A DNA stretch of 44,442 bases from a virus (lineage: Duplodnaviria > Caudoviricetes): IMG/VR virus record IMGVR_UViG_3300032332_002014, positions 1 to 44,442 of that record; one strand, 5' to 3'. The position numbers and the translations under genes were made by a program. How positions within the stretch are numbered: position 1 is the stretch's first letter; each line of letters opens with the position of its first letter. The notes under the pieces were generated by a model. The model was not told the origin of the DNA. It saw nothing but the letters and a program-made list of their open reading frames with translations, and did no database searches. Shown here piece by piece: positions 27,240-36,674 of the stretch.

Positions 27240-28346
27240 ATGGCAAAAAAAGACGATCCTCTTTCCGGGCTTAAAGATATCTTTAAAGCAGTAGACGACC
27301 TCAACCCTGATGCAGCAGTTCTAGACTCATCAACGTTATCAACCGCTGACGATTGGATTGATACAGGCTCTTATGCCCTCAATGCAATTATCAGCGGTTC
27401 GATGTATAAAGGTATACCTGTAGGTCGTATCTCAGGCTTTTCTGGTCCTTCAATGGCAGGCAAAACTCTTATCATGAATAAGATTATGGCCAATGCTCAG
27501 AAAAAAGGTTACGTGGCTGTTATTTGGGACTCTGAGGTAGCTGTTGATAAAAAAGGAGCACAAGCAGTTGGTATGGACCCGTCTAGAACCAAGTATTATC
27601 CAGTTGAGACTATTGAAGATTGCCGTAATCAGATTTGTACCTTTCTTGATAATGTCATTAAATCTGATAATCCTGATTTAAAATTTATCGTTTCGATTGA
27701 CTCTTTGGGTAACTTAGCTTCAGGTAAAGAATTAAGAGACGCAGCGTCAGGTAAAGATGCATCTGATGTCGGACAGCGCGCTAAAGCTATTAAGTCGATG
27801 ATGCGAGTCTTAACTTATAAAGCTGCTAAAGCTCGTGTACCGATTCTTTTTTCTAATCACGTCTATGACTCGATGGAAATGTTTCCGACATTGGTTAAGA
27901 CCCAATCAGGAGGTAAGGGCCCGATTTATTTGGCTTCCGTCCTTGTTCAGCTTTCTACTAAAAATGAAAAAGTATCTGATAACCCAAATGAAAGTTCAAT
28001 TGCTATTGCTCATAACATCTCTGGTGTCACTCTGGGCGCTCTTACTATTAAAAATCGCTTCGTACCAAACTATCTTAAGACTGAATTGTACCTTAACTTT
28101 AAGTCTGGACTCGACAAGCACACTGGTCTGTTTGAGATTGCTGAGGCGTTTGGTGTTATTGAAAAGCCCGGTCGTACCGTAATGTTTAATAACGAGTCGT
28201 TAGGTTACCGTAAAGATTTAGAGAAGAGTTCTGAGTTTTGGGGTAAGATTATGCCTAAGCTTGAAGAAGTTCTTCAAGATAAGCTTTGTTACGGTGGTGG
28301 TGATACATCAGTTGATATCGAGGCAGAAGTCGATAATATTGATTGA
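27240..28346 (+). CDS. uvsX: UvsX RecA-like recombinase
   Basis: IDTGSYALNAIISG, GPSMAGKT, DSE, IDSLGNL, NHVY, SGG and KNRF motifs. Confidence 0.95.
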   Translation: MAKKDDPLSGLKDIFKAVDDLNPDAAVLDSSTLSTADDWIDTGSYALNAIISGSMYKGIPVGRISGFSGPSMAGKTLIMNKIMANAQKKGYVAVIWDSEVAVDKKGAQAVGMDPSRTKYYPVETIEDCRNQICTFLDNVIKSDNPDLKFIVSIDSLGNLASGKELRDAASGKDASDVGQRAKAIKSMMRVLTYKAAKARVPILFSNHVYDSMEMFPTLVKTQSGGKGPIYLASVLVQLSTKNEKVSDNPNESSIAIAHNISGVTLGALTIKNRFVPNYLKTELYLNFKSGLDKHTGLFEIAEAFGVIEKPGRTVMFNNESLGYRKDLEKSSEFWGKIMPKLEEVLQDKLCYGGGDTSVDIEAEVDNID

Positions 28347-29680
28347 TGTCCTCTAAGCTCGATCTTGATTACTACGAGAATATAATCCTCTTCAACTCTT
28401 TACTGAGTCAAGAGTATCTCTCGTCAATTATAGAGTATACAGATCCTGCATACTTTAATGATCAGAATATCCGAACGATATTCAAAAGCATTGCTTCCTA
28501 CTTTCAGGAACGAGGCACTTGTCCTTCAATTACTGAATTAAAGGCTCGGCTTACTTCTGACGAAGAAAAGAAAGCATTTAATCACGTAGCTGCTAAGTTT
28601 AAAGAGCTTGATACTAAATTTAATAAAGAAGAGCTTCTTAATAATACAGAGCGATTCTTAAAAGAACGTTGTTTATATAAGACGATTGTTGATACCGCCG
28701 AAAAATACGCTCAAGGAAAGGCTGATCCTGCTGATACACTTGAGCAGTTTGAAAAGGCTTATAATATCACCTTGTCTGAAGATATGGGCTCGTGGTATTT
28801 TGAAGATATTGACGAACACATTAAAGAGCTAACAAAGGTTTATAGTCCGATACCTACTGGCTGGAAGTTCTTAGATGAAAGACTCGAAGGTGGTTTATTT
28901 CCTAAAACTCTTACTTGTCTTGTTGGCCAGGTTAACATTGGTAAAAGTATCTTTTTAGGCAACTTAGCAGCTAATATGGTAATGAAGGGTAAAAACACCC
29001 TTCTTATCTCTCTTGAAATGTCTGAGTTTATGTATGCTAAGCGAATTAGTGCACAACTCACTCAGATTCCTCATAATGAATTAAAAGTTTACACTGACGA
29101 ACTTAAACAACAAGTTGAACATATTAATAAGCAATTAGAATCAAAACTTATTATTAAAGAGTATCCACCGAAAACTATTTCTGTAAGACATATCGACGGT
29201 TATATTGGTAAATTAAAGCATAGAGGTTTCACGCCTGAAGTAGTTGTCATTGACTATATTAATCTTCTTAAACCTACCTCAAAAAATCTTAACTCTTATG
29301 CTGAAGTTAAAGAGATTGCTGAACAGCTTCGCGCACTATCTTTTAAATATAATATACCATTTGTAACGGCATCACAGTTAAACCGCGGAGCATTTAACAC
29401 TGTTTCGCCCGGAATGGAGGGTATTTCTGAAAGTATCGGTCTTGCTGCCACTTGCGATGTTATTGCATCGCTTTGGCAGGAAGAAGAAGATAGAGAGCTT
29501 GGACTCATTCACCTTGGTATGCAGAAAAACCGATTTGGTGTTAATTACGGTCACTGTACCTTTAAAGTTAAATACGAAACGTTAACTCTTTCAGAAGTTA
29601 ACCCTGATCATTTTGCCACCGAGAACACCCAACAAGCTGTTCAAGAAGCTCAAGACACTTTATCTAAATTAGCAGAGTAG
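28346..29680 (+). CDS. 41: replicative DnaB-like helicase gp41
   Basis: IPTGW, GQVNIGKS, SLEM, IKEYP, IDYINL, TASQLNR, SES and KNRFG motifs. The TTG at 28343 is an alternative start. Confidence 0.93.
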   Translation: MSSKLDLDYYENIILFNSLLSQEYLSSIIEYTDPAYFNDQNIRTIFKSIASYFQERGTCPSITELKARLTSDEEKKAFNHVAAKFKELDTKFNKEELLNNTERFLKERCLYKTIVDTAEKYAQGKADPADTLEQFEKAYNITLSEDMGSWYFEDIDEHIKELTKVYSPIPTGWKFLDERLEGGLFPKTLTCLVGQVNIGKSIFLGNLAANMVMKGKNTLLISLEMSEFMYAKRISAQLTQIPHNELKVYTDELKQQVEHINKQLESKLIIKEYPPKTISVRHIDGYIGKLKHRGFTPEVVVIDYINLLKPTSKNLNSYAEVKEIAEQLRALSFKYNIPFVTASQLNRGAFNTVSPGMEGISESIGLAATCDVIASLWQEEEDRELGLIHLGMQKNRFGVNYGHCTFKVKYETLTLSEVNPDHFATENTQQAVQEAQDTLSKLAE

Positions 29681-29728
29681 AAAAACCTTGATTAATAGCA
29701 TTTTGTGTAGTAAATACTCTACATATAA

Positions 29729-30037
29729 ATGTTTAACGAAAAGGTCCTTAATGACTTTAATTCCAGAAATGATCCGCTTAAGCAAGTCTGTACAAAAGAA
29801 TACATTCTTGGGGTATTTCGTTTTGGTTCTTTTTTATCCATTGTTCATAATAAACGCTTGAATCCTGCTGCAATATTTGTTACAATTTTAGAAAATAAGG
29901 AGATTAGAGATTTGTTTATTGAAGTCACCAATTCTGAAAATGCTCACGAAGCACTACTTGGCCTGTTGCAACTTTATCCACCGCTACTAAAATCGAAAAA
30001 CACTAAACGGCTGTTTAGAAAATCGATTAAAAAATGA
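29729..30037 (+). CDS. hypothetical protein (occupies the position of T4 gp33, but no motif support)
   Basis: 102-aa ORF preceded by TAAATA (29711-29716), upstream of the gp59-like gene and gp32. Confidence 0.55.
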   Translation: MFNEKVLNDFNSRNDPLKQVCTKEYILGVFRFGSFLSIVHNKRLNPAAIFVTILENKEIRDLFIEVTNSENAHEALLGLLQLYPPLLKSKNTKRLFRKSIKK

Positions 30038-30702
30038 CGGATCTCGAGCGCAGAATTTATAATAAACATTTAGCTGTTTCTCGTTCTCTTCGTGGTAAGG
30101 CTTTTAAACTAAAGCAAGACTTTACTAATTTTGAAAACGACCCGAAATATCTACATATTAAAAGGCTTACTACTTTCTTTGCAAAGTATCCCGATGTCTG
30201 TATGGATACCTATTTTGTAGCACCCTACAAGCTATACCCTGATACACCCTATTTTGATCTTTCCTATTTTGCATCCCCAAGAGCTATTAAATGTTATACA
30301 ATTTATAAGCAGCAATTATTTCAGCAATCACCTGATGCGCAAAGAGATGACATTAAAGAATCCTTACAATTTATTGTAAGATACTGCCTTCAAAATAATA
30401 TACAACTTCATGATTATGTCTTCCATAAAGAAAGGTCTATTGAACCTATTTGGACCTATCATATTAAACATAATAAAATTAATCCCTACGTTTTAATGGA
30501 GTTCCCTAATCTTTTTAATACAATATCTAGTATGCCTCAAGATGAAAGAGAATTTCTTCTTGGTAATTTTGGCAGAAATTATCACGAATACCGGACAAGA
30601 TATATGAATTCTAAAGAAGCAAAGCCGTTCCTCGAAAAAGCTTTTCTTCGCTTAAAACTTTTTGTAGATAAAAACTTGAAATCTACAAAATATCAACCAT
30701 AA
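30034..30702 (+). CDS. 59: helicase loader gp59-like protein
   Basis: 222-aa basic helical protein directly upstream of gp32, as in T4. Supported by size and position, with only loose motif similarity. Confidence 0.55.
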   Translation: MTDLERRIYNKHLAVSRSLRGKAFKLKQDFTNFENDPKYLHIKRLTTFFAKYPDVCMDTYFVAPYKLYPDTPYFDLSYFASPRAIKCYTIYKQQLFQQSPDAQRDDIKESLQFIVRYCLQNNIQLHDYVFHKERSIEPIWTYHIKHNKINPYVLMEFPNLFNTISSMPQDEREFLLGNFGRNYHEYRTRYMNSKEAKPFLEKAFLRLKLFVDKNLKSTKYQP

Positions 30703-30703
30703 T
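30676..30703 (+). promoter_or_regulatory. sigma70-like promoter for gp32
   Basis: TTGAAA-16-CATAAT, 9 nt before the ATG. Confidence 0.5.
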
Positions 30704-30712
30704 ATACACACT

Positions 30713-31615
30713 ATGACATTCACAAAAAATATGTTTAACGAAATTAAAGAATCTCTTTCCAGTAAAAAGGATTCTCCTTATAAAGAAATCATGAAATTTG
30801 AGCCTGGTAAGACTTACGTCGTACGTCTCGTTCCGAACGTAATCGACCCTAAGCGTACAATGTTCCATTATTACCACCACTCCTGGAATAGTCTTTGTAA
30901 TGGTCAGTTTGTTACTACCCTTTGCCCCTCAACTTACGGAGAGCAGTGCCCGATCGATCAGTATGTCTTAAAGACTTATAATACCGGTACTGTTGAAGAG
31001 AAAAATAAGATTAAGCCAATCACTCGTAAGGAGAACTGGTTTGTCAATGCTTATGTTATTTCCGATCCTACTAATCCTGAAAACGAAGGTAAGGTTAAAG
31101 TTATCCGTTACGGTAAAGAGTTAGCTAAAATTATTAACTCTGCGATCGACGGAGACGACTCTGATGAATTTGGAGTTAAGATCTTCGACGTTGCTGAAGG
31201 TTGTTCCCTTAAGATTAAGTCCGAGTCTCGTACAGGTACAGCTGGTGGACGCGCCTTTGTAACTTACACGTCATCGAAGTTTACCTCACCGTCAAAGCTC
31301 GAGGGCATAGATGCTAAGAGGGTTGATAATATTTACGAGTCTCTTATTGAACTCGATAAGATCATTAAGCCTAAGACTTATGCTGAACTTCAACGTATGA
31401 TGGATCAACACTTCTTCTGTGTCCAAGATATTGCATCAGTTGACGAAGAAGAGAAGGATGAACCAGCACCTGCTAAGGTTGCTGAAGCTAAGAAAAATGA
31501 CGCACTCGATTCTATCTTTGCAGGAATCAAGGAGTCTTCTAATAAAGAAGTAGAAGAGAAGCCTGCTGTTGATGACACTGACGCTAAACTTAAAGAACTC
31601 CTTGCAAGTCTCTAA
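30713..31615 (+). CDS. 32: single-stranded DNA-binding protein gp32
   Basis: VRLVP, H...CPSTYGEQCPI, NAYVISDPTNPENEGKVK..RYGK and YTSSKF motifs, with an acidic C-terminal region. Confidence 0.92.
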   Translation: MTFTKNMFNEIKESLSSKKDSPYKEIMKFEPGKTYVVRLVPNVIDPKRTMFHYYHHSWNSLCNGQFVTTLCPSTYGEQCPIDQYVLKTYNTGTVEEKNKIKPITRKENWFVNAYVISDPTNPENEGKVKVIRYGKELAKIINSAIDGDDSDEFGVKIFDVAEGCSLKIKSESRTGTAGGRAFVTYTSSKFTSPSKLEGIDAKRVDNIYESLIELDKIIKPKTYAELQRMMDQHFFCVQDIASVDEEEKDEPAPAKVAEAKKNDALDSIFAGIKESSNKEVEEKPAVDDTDAKLKELLASL

Positions 31616-31618
31616 TTT

Positions 31619-32284
31619 ATGTTAAGAAGCAAAAAAAAGTTACTACACGCTAACCACAATATAGTTCATACACCAGAAGAAATAGAAGAACTAATATCAA
31701 AAGGAGCTCAGGCATATGAACAATATTTAGACGCTCTTGGCTTCGATTGGCGTAACGACCCTAATAGTGCTGATACACCTCGTCGTGTAGCAAAAGCGTT
31801 TGTTACTGATTTGGCTATGGGGTGTTATTCAGCGCCCCCTAAAGTAACCGCCTTTGATAATGTTGATGGTTATGATGGGATGGTTTGTCAAAATAACATT
31901 AAGGTAGTTTCAATGTGTTCCCATCATCATGCTCCCTTCATGGGTGTAGCTCATGTAGCTTACCTACCCGCTAAGAACGGTAAGGTTATAGGTCTATCAA
32001 AACTTAATCGTATTGTTGATTGGTTTTCGCGTCGTCCTCAAGTTCAAGAGAACCTCACTATGCAGATCCATCAGTATATTGATATGGTCTGTGAAAAGAA
32101 TAAAGGGGTTGCCGTATTAATAGAGGCTAATCATACCTGCTGTTCTAATCGTGGTATTAAGCACGACTCAACTATGAGAACTGCTAGAATGTCGGGATCG
32201 TTTTTAGATGAAAAAGATAATTCACGGGCTGAGTTTTACAAGTTTGTGGAATTCGCTCAAAACGGTAAAGGGTCTGTTTCGTAA
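31619..32284 (+). CDS. folE: GTP cyclohydrolase I FolE
   Basis: DTPRRVAK, SMCSHHHAPF, GLSKLNR, RPQVQENLT and HTCCSNRG motifs. Confidence 0.95.
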   Translation: MLRSKKKLLHANHNIVHTPEEIEELISKGAQAYEQYLDALGFDWRNDPNSADTPRRVAKAFVTDLAMGCYSAPPKVTAFDNVDGYDGMVCQNNIKVVSMCSHHHAPFMGVAHVAYLPAKNGKVIGLSKLNRIVDWFSRRPQVQENLTMQIHQYIDMVCEKNKGVAVLIEANHTCCSNRGIKHDSTMRTARMSGSFLDEKDNSRAEFYKFVEFAQNGKGSVS

Positions 32285-32288
32285 ATCT

Positions 32289-32744
32289 ATGAGTGTTACA
32301 GAAGAACAACTTGCAACCGCTATTGTAGCTAAAATGGCTGGTATAACTCTTATGGATGTTGATAAAAACACCGTAACGCAATCCTCGACTGGTCCTGCTA
32401 CAAAAATTGACCCTAAGCAGTTTCTGCCTGGTGTTCAGCAAATGCAGCAAGATCGTCAAGCTGCTGCACTTGCTCAACTCAATAGAGAAGCTGAAATGAT
32501 GCATCCATTACCGCAAGCTCAGTACCAACACCCTCAGTTACATCAGCCTATGCCAACTGCAAATGTTCAAACAGTAAGCACACCACAAACTCAAACACTT
32601 ACAGGTCATGACCCAAACCAGCTTACTTTTGATTTCCTTGACGAAGCAACCACTAAAAAGTCATTAAAACAGTTGGATTTAATTGTAGACTATCTATACT
32701 CTATTAATAACAAATTAGATAAGGTGCTCTCGAAACGTGACTAA
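32289..32744 (+). CDS. hypothetical Gln/Pro-rich protein
   Basis: The ATG at 32289, just after the folE stop, is preferred over the overlapping start at 32208. Confidence 0.6.
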   Translation: MSVTEEQLATAIVAKMAGITLMDVDKNTVTQSSTGPATKIDPKQFLPGVQQMQQDRQAAALAQLNREAEMMHPLPQAQYQHPQLHQPMPTANVQTVSTPQTQTLTGHDPNQLTFDFLDEATTKKSLKQLDLIVDYLYSINNKLDKVLSKRD

Positions 32745-33474
32745 TATACTATCTCTAAAAAAAGAATCCTTCGTTCAGAAGTTTCTTTTACCTATTAGCA
32801 AACTAGCTGATAATATTTCTATTTCGTTTAACGATGAAGAGATATCTACTACCTGTGCTTCACCTGACGGTTCTATAGTATTATTAGCTACCTATAAGAC
32901 CGATACAGCTGTTAAAGGCATACCCCGTATTAATCTTCCTGATGTTAAGAAGTTTATTCGTCTTATTGACTGTGTTGATATAGATACGATAGCTCTCACT
33001 ATTAAAGACAACCATCTCAATTATGAGACGCCTTCTCAAAAATTTAATTACTTTCTCTTAGAGGATAGCTATATGCAGAGATGCCCTGTTAATCCTGATA
33101 AGATTAATAAGCTCAAATATGATACCGGTTTTATACTTTCTAGTAGCAAGTTTAATGATGTCCTAAAGGGAAGCTCTATTGCTACAGATTCTGATAAGCT
33201 TTATTTTTATACTAAGGACGACAAAGTCTATGCTGAATTAAATGATTACGAGAGACAGAACATTAATAATATTACCTACCTTGTATCAGATAAATTTGTT
33301 GGGGAGCAAATTAAAAATACCCTTCCTTTAAACTTAGAAAATATTAGACTTTTAGCAGGCATTAAATGTAACGAGTTTACTGTGAAGGTTAACAACGAAC
33401 TAAAGGTAACTCTCTTTCAAATTGAAGAGGAAGGAATAACAATTAAATTTATTATTTCAGCCCTTGTAAAATAA
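32737..33474 (+). CDS. 45: sliding clamp gp45-like protein
   Basis: 245 aa with a PCNA-like alternating pattern (INLPDVKKFI, LNLENIRLL, IKFIISAL). Confidence 0.7.
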   Translation: MTNILSLKKESFVQKFLLPISKLADNISISFNDEEISTTCASPDGSIVLLATYKTDTAVKGIPRINLPDVKKFIRLIDCVDIDTIALTIKDNHLNYETPSQKFNYFLLEDSYMQRCPVNPDKINKLKYDTGFILSSSKFNDVLKGSSIATDSDKLYFYTKDDKVYAELNDYERQNINNITYLVSDKFVGEQIKNTLPLNLENIRLLAGIKCNEFTVKVNNELKVTLFQIEEEGITIKFIISALVK

Positions 33475-33497
33475 ATTTTACCTCCATAAGTCTTATT

Positions 33498-33842
33498 ATG
33501 TCAAATAAACTATCCACACTAGGTTACACTTTAAAGCGTTTGAGAGATTCTGGTTACTACGCCCACAAACTCTTTACAGAATACAACGATGCTGATCCTC
33601 GTGCTTGGACTATTATTATTGACCCGGGTGTCAGTTCTGTTTTTTGTACATGTTTTGTGAATGAACCTTTTTATGGAGATTCTTATTTTGAAATTCAAGA
33701 CGGTGATAGAAATATCCCTGGCCGTTTAAAGATTCAAACATCCTCTTTTGAAGTTTTAATTGAACATTTAGTAAAATATAATATCAATAATAAAGCACCA
33801 GGTTATACACAGCGCCGACTATTATCACCAGAAAAAAAATAA
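33498..33842 (+). CDS. hypothetical protein
   Basis: 114-aa ORF in the co-oriented run. Confidence 0.65.
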   Translation: MSNKLSTLGYTLKRLRDSGYYAHKLFTEYNDADPRAWTIIIDPGVSSVFCTCFVNEPFYGDSYFEIQDGDRNIPGRLKIQTSSFEVLIEHLVKYNINNKAPGYTQRRLLSPEKK

Positions 33843-33853
33843 ATATTAACGGT

Positions 33854-34228
33854 ATGCCTGGTGAATATAAGCCAAAGAAAAAGCCTAAAAAGACTTATCG
33901 TAAAAGGAAGACCGATGCTTTAGGTCTTAGTGCTCTAGATGCTGAGCAATCTATTTTACCTGAAAAACATAAACTTCAAGTAGAGGAAGTTATTAAACAA
34001 GCTTTTCTCCGCTTTTATGATAATGCTACTCTTAAGCAGTATAAAGTAAAAGACTTAGAGCAACTTGATACTGTTATTACCGAATACCTAAATACCTTTA
34101 TGTTATTAGGTTATGACATAAATGGTGAAAAGGTTGTTATAATGCATGCAACGAACCCACATGATAGGGATGCTCTTGTAGAACATCTTCGTACAACCCT
34201 TCTTGGAATTATCAATCCACAAGGTTAA
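33854..34228 (+). CDS. hypothetical late protein with a basic N-terminus, upstream of the large terminase
   Basis: TAAATA at 33840-33845, 8 nt before the ATG. N-terminus KPKKKPKKTYRKRK. Confidence 0.6.
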   Translation: MPGEYKPKKKPKKTYRKRKTDALGLSALDAEQSILPEKHKLQVEEVIKQAFLRFYDNATLKQYKVKDLEQLDTVITEYLNTFMLLGYDINGEKVVIMHATNPHDRDALVEHLRTTLLGIINPQG

Positions 34229-34231
34229 ATA
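34226..34231 (+). promoter_or_regulatory. late promoter core TAAATA for the terminase
   Basis: ttaaataactttGTG (5-nt gap). Confidence 0.55.
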
Positions 34232-34236
34232 ACTTT

Positions 34237-36021
34237 GTGCCAAAAAGCGAAGAAGTATTTAAAGATCCCTACGACGATGTTATAATAGAAAACCCTATAG
34301 ATGAATCTCAGTACTATAGAGGTGATAAAAATGTTCCAAAAGAAGATGCACAATTTGAGTGGACCCCAAAGATGGTCAAAGAGCTCAAAAAATGCAAAGA
34401 AAATATTATACATTTTGCCGAGAATCATTTTTGGATTGTAAACCTCGATAGAGGTAAAATGAAGATTGAGCTTTATAAGGCTCAAAAGAAAGCTCTTAAA
34501 GCTCTTGCTGACAATAGGTTTGTTTGTGTCTTAGCCTCCCGTCAATGCGGTAAGACAACAATTACCACGATATACGCACTCTGGAATACCTGTTTCTTTG
34601 ACGACCAAAGAGTTATTATTGTTGCTAATAAAGAAAATACTGCCATTAATATTTTTAAGAGAATAAGAATGGCCTATGAAATGTTACCTAACTATCTCAA
34701 ACCTGGGGTTAAAGAATATGGCAAAACAGGCGTAACATTTGCTAACGGTTCTAGTATTGGTATTAGCACTACTACTTCAACAGCAGCCCGCGGTGATACA
34801 GCCTCTATTCTTTGTATTGACGAAGCTGCATTTATCGATCCTCACTTCATGGATGAGTTCTGGAAATCTGTTATACCGATTGTTTCGTCCGGTAAAAAGA
34901 CAAAAATTTTCATGGTGAGTACCCCGAATGGATCGGGTAATAAGTTTTACGAAATTTATTCTGGTGCTGAAAAACAGACCAATGGCTGGCATGCCGAGAG
35001 AATTGATTGGTGGGATGTTCCAGGTAGAGGTGAAAAGTGGCGTAAACAAATGGTAGCAGCTTTAGGTTCTGATGAAGCGTTTCAACAAGAGTTTGGTAAT
35101 ACGTTTCTCGATGCTGGTAACTCGGCAGTAGGTGCTTCAGTTATTGAGAGGTTTAAAGAAAATAAAAAGCCAGCTATTCATACAAGTGATGAAGGTGCAT
35201 ATAAGGTTTTTGAAGTCCCGGATATTAACAAACTTTATGCAATTGGAGTAGACGTTGGAGAAGGTATTGGAAGAGCGGCCTCTGTTGCCCAGGTAATGGA
35301 TGTAACTGATCTTACAGATATAAGACAAGTTGCCGTTTATGGCACTAACGTAGTTGAACCTTACCATTATGCTAACAAACTAGTCAATCTTTGTTCTCAA
35401 TGGGGTAACCCCCCTCTACTTGTAGAAAGAAATAATTGTGGTGCACAAATTATCGATGCACTTTTTCACAAACACATGTACGAAAGAATTGTATCATGTT
35501 CAAAATTAGCAAATACTGGATCCTTTTCTAATACAAGACACCTAGGAATTCTTTCACATAACAATTTACGTTTTGCAGGAGTAGCGAATATGCGCTACTG
35601 GGTAAACTTTTTGCAAACAGTTCATATTAACGACTTGGATACAATTAAAGAATTTGAAACTTTTATTCGCTATCCAAACGGCACATATAGAAAAAAGAAT
35701 GACTTATTTTATGATGATAGAATTATGTCTCTTGTTTGGGCTTTGTTTATTTTAGAACCAGAAATTTGTCAGCAACATTTTAACGTTGAAGAATTTGATG
35801 ATCAGAATAAACCTTTGAGAATCGCTAGTAATGATTACTATACTACTGATCCAAGTCTTTATAAAATAAAAGACTTAAATAATAGTAACAACATTACAAC
35901 ATTAGGTAATACAGATTTTGAACAAAAATACACCCCTCTAGTTACAGAAGAAGAACTAGAAAAAATGTATAGTAATTCAGATGTAGATGATTTAATGTCC
36001 CAGGGTTGGAAATTAATATAA
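34237..36021 (+). CDS. 17: terminase large subunit gp17
   Basis: ASRQCGKT, IVANK, CIDEAAF, STPNG, FQQEF, GVDVGEG, VERN and DDRIMS motifs. Confidence 0.96.
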   Translation: MPKSEEVFKDPYDDVIIENPIDESQYYRGDKNVPKEDAQFEWTPKMVKELKKCKENIIHFAENHFWIVNLDRGKMKIELYKAQKKALKALADNRFVCVLASRQCGKTTITTIYALWNTCFFDDQRVIIVANKENTAINIFKRIRMAYEMLPNYLKPGVKEYGKTGVTFANGSSIGISTTTSTAARGDTASILCIDEAAFIDPHFMDEFWKSVIPIVSSGKKTKIFMVSTPNGSGNKFYEIYSGAEKQTNGWHAERIDWWDVPGRGEKWRKQMVAALGSDEAFQQEFGNTFLDAGNSAVGASVIERFKENKKPAIHTSDEGAYKVFEVPDINKLYAIGVDVGEGIGRAASVAQVMDVTDLTDIRQVAVYGTNVVEPYHYANKLVNLCSQWGNPPLLVERNNCGAQIIDALFHKHMYERIVSCSKLANTGSFSNTRHLGILSHNNLRFAGVANMRYWVNFLQTVHINDLDTIKEFETFIRYPNGTYRKKNDLFYDDRIMSLVWALFILEPEICQQHFNVEEFDDQNKPLRIASNDYYTTDPSLYKIKDLNNSNNITTLGNTDFEQKYTPLVTEEELEKMYSNSDVDDLMSQGWKLI

Positions 36022-36022
36022 T

Positions 36023-36631
36023 ATGGCAGACAACGACCTTTGCGAAACACCACAAGCTACCCAGCAGTCAGTTCTTAATAGATCTGGCAAAGATAAGTTT
36101 TTGCTTATTTTAAATTTACCTCAAGTCTTAAGAAAACAATCAGCTACTAACTCTTTAATTAACATTAAACCTATAGAAATGAGTATATATGGTGCTGTAG
36201 TTCCTACTATTCAAGTACCACCAGTTGAGGTTCGTTTCGGTGGACAATCGTATAACGTCACTTCTTATTCTCGCCCCAACTACCAACCACTTAATGTAAA
36301 TATTGTTATTGATAATAGTTTTAAAAACTACTGGCTTCTTTGGAAGTGGCTATCTGTTTTAAATGATCCAAAAGAAAGTAGTTATACAGGCACAAAAGAC
36401 GGTTATGAAACACAGGCAGATAAAGAAACAAGAGGCAATCTAACTGAATACCAAACAAATATTTCTGTCGTAGGGTTAAACGAATATAACCAAAAAACTA
36501 TAGAGTTTATTTATTATAATGCTTTTATAACCACTTTAGGAGGGATTGATTATAACTATAGAACACCTGATATTTTAGAAACAACAGCTGAGTTTCAATA
36601 TAGTCAGTTTGATGTAAATCTTTTTACATAA
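36023..36631 (+). CDS. tail completion/tube terminator gp3-like protein
   Basis: Tube-fold pattern PTIQVPPV...YQPLNVNIVIDNSFKNYWLLWKWL...F.NAF.TTLGGI.Y. Confidence 0.65.
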   Translation: MADNDLCETPQATQQSVLNRSGKDKFLLILNLPQVLRKQSATNSLINIKPIEMSIYGAVVPTIQVPPVEVRFGGQSYNVTSYSRPNYQPLNVNIVIDNSFKNYWLLWKWLSVLNDPKESSYTGTKDGYETQADKETRGNLTEYQTNISVVGLNEYNQKTIEFIYYNAFITTLGGIDYNYRTPDILETTAEFQYSQFDVNLFT

Positions 36632-36656
36632 CAGAAAAAAATCATCCCAAAAAGAC

Positions 36657-36662
36657 TAAATA
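36657..36662 (+). promoter_or_regulatory. late promoter core TAAATA for the tail sheath
   Basis: ctaaataataatataacatATG. Confidence 0.6.
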
Positions 36663-36674
36663 ATAATATAACAT

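Noticed and set aside
20673-36021. Introns or inteins in gp43, uvsX, gp41 or gp17
   Set aside because: The ORFs are continuous and of normal length, with no splice-junction motifs noticed.
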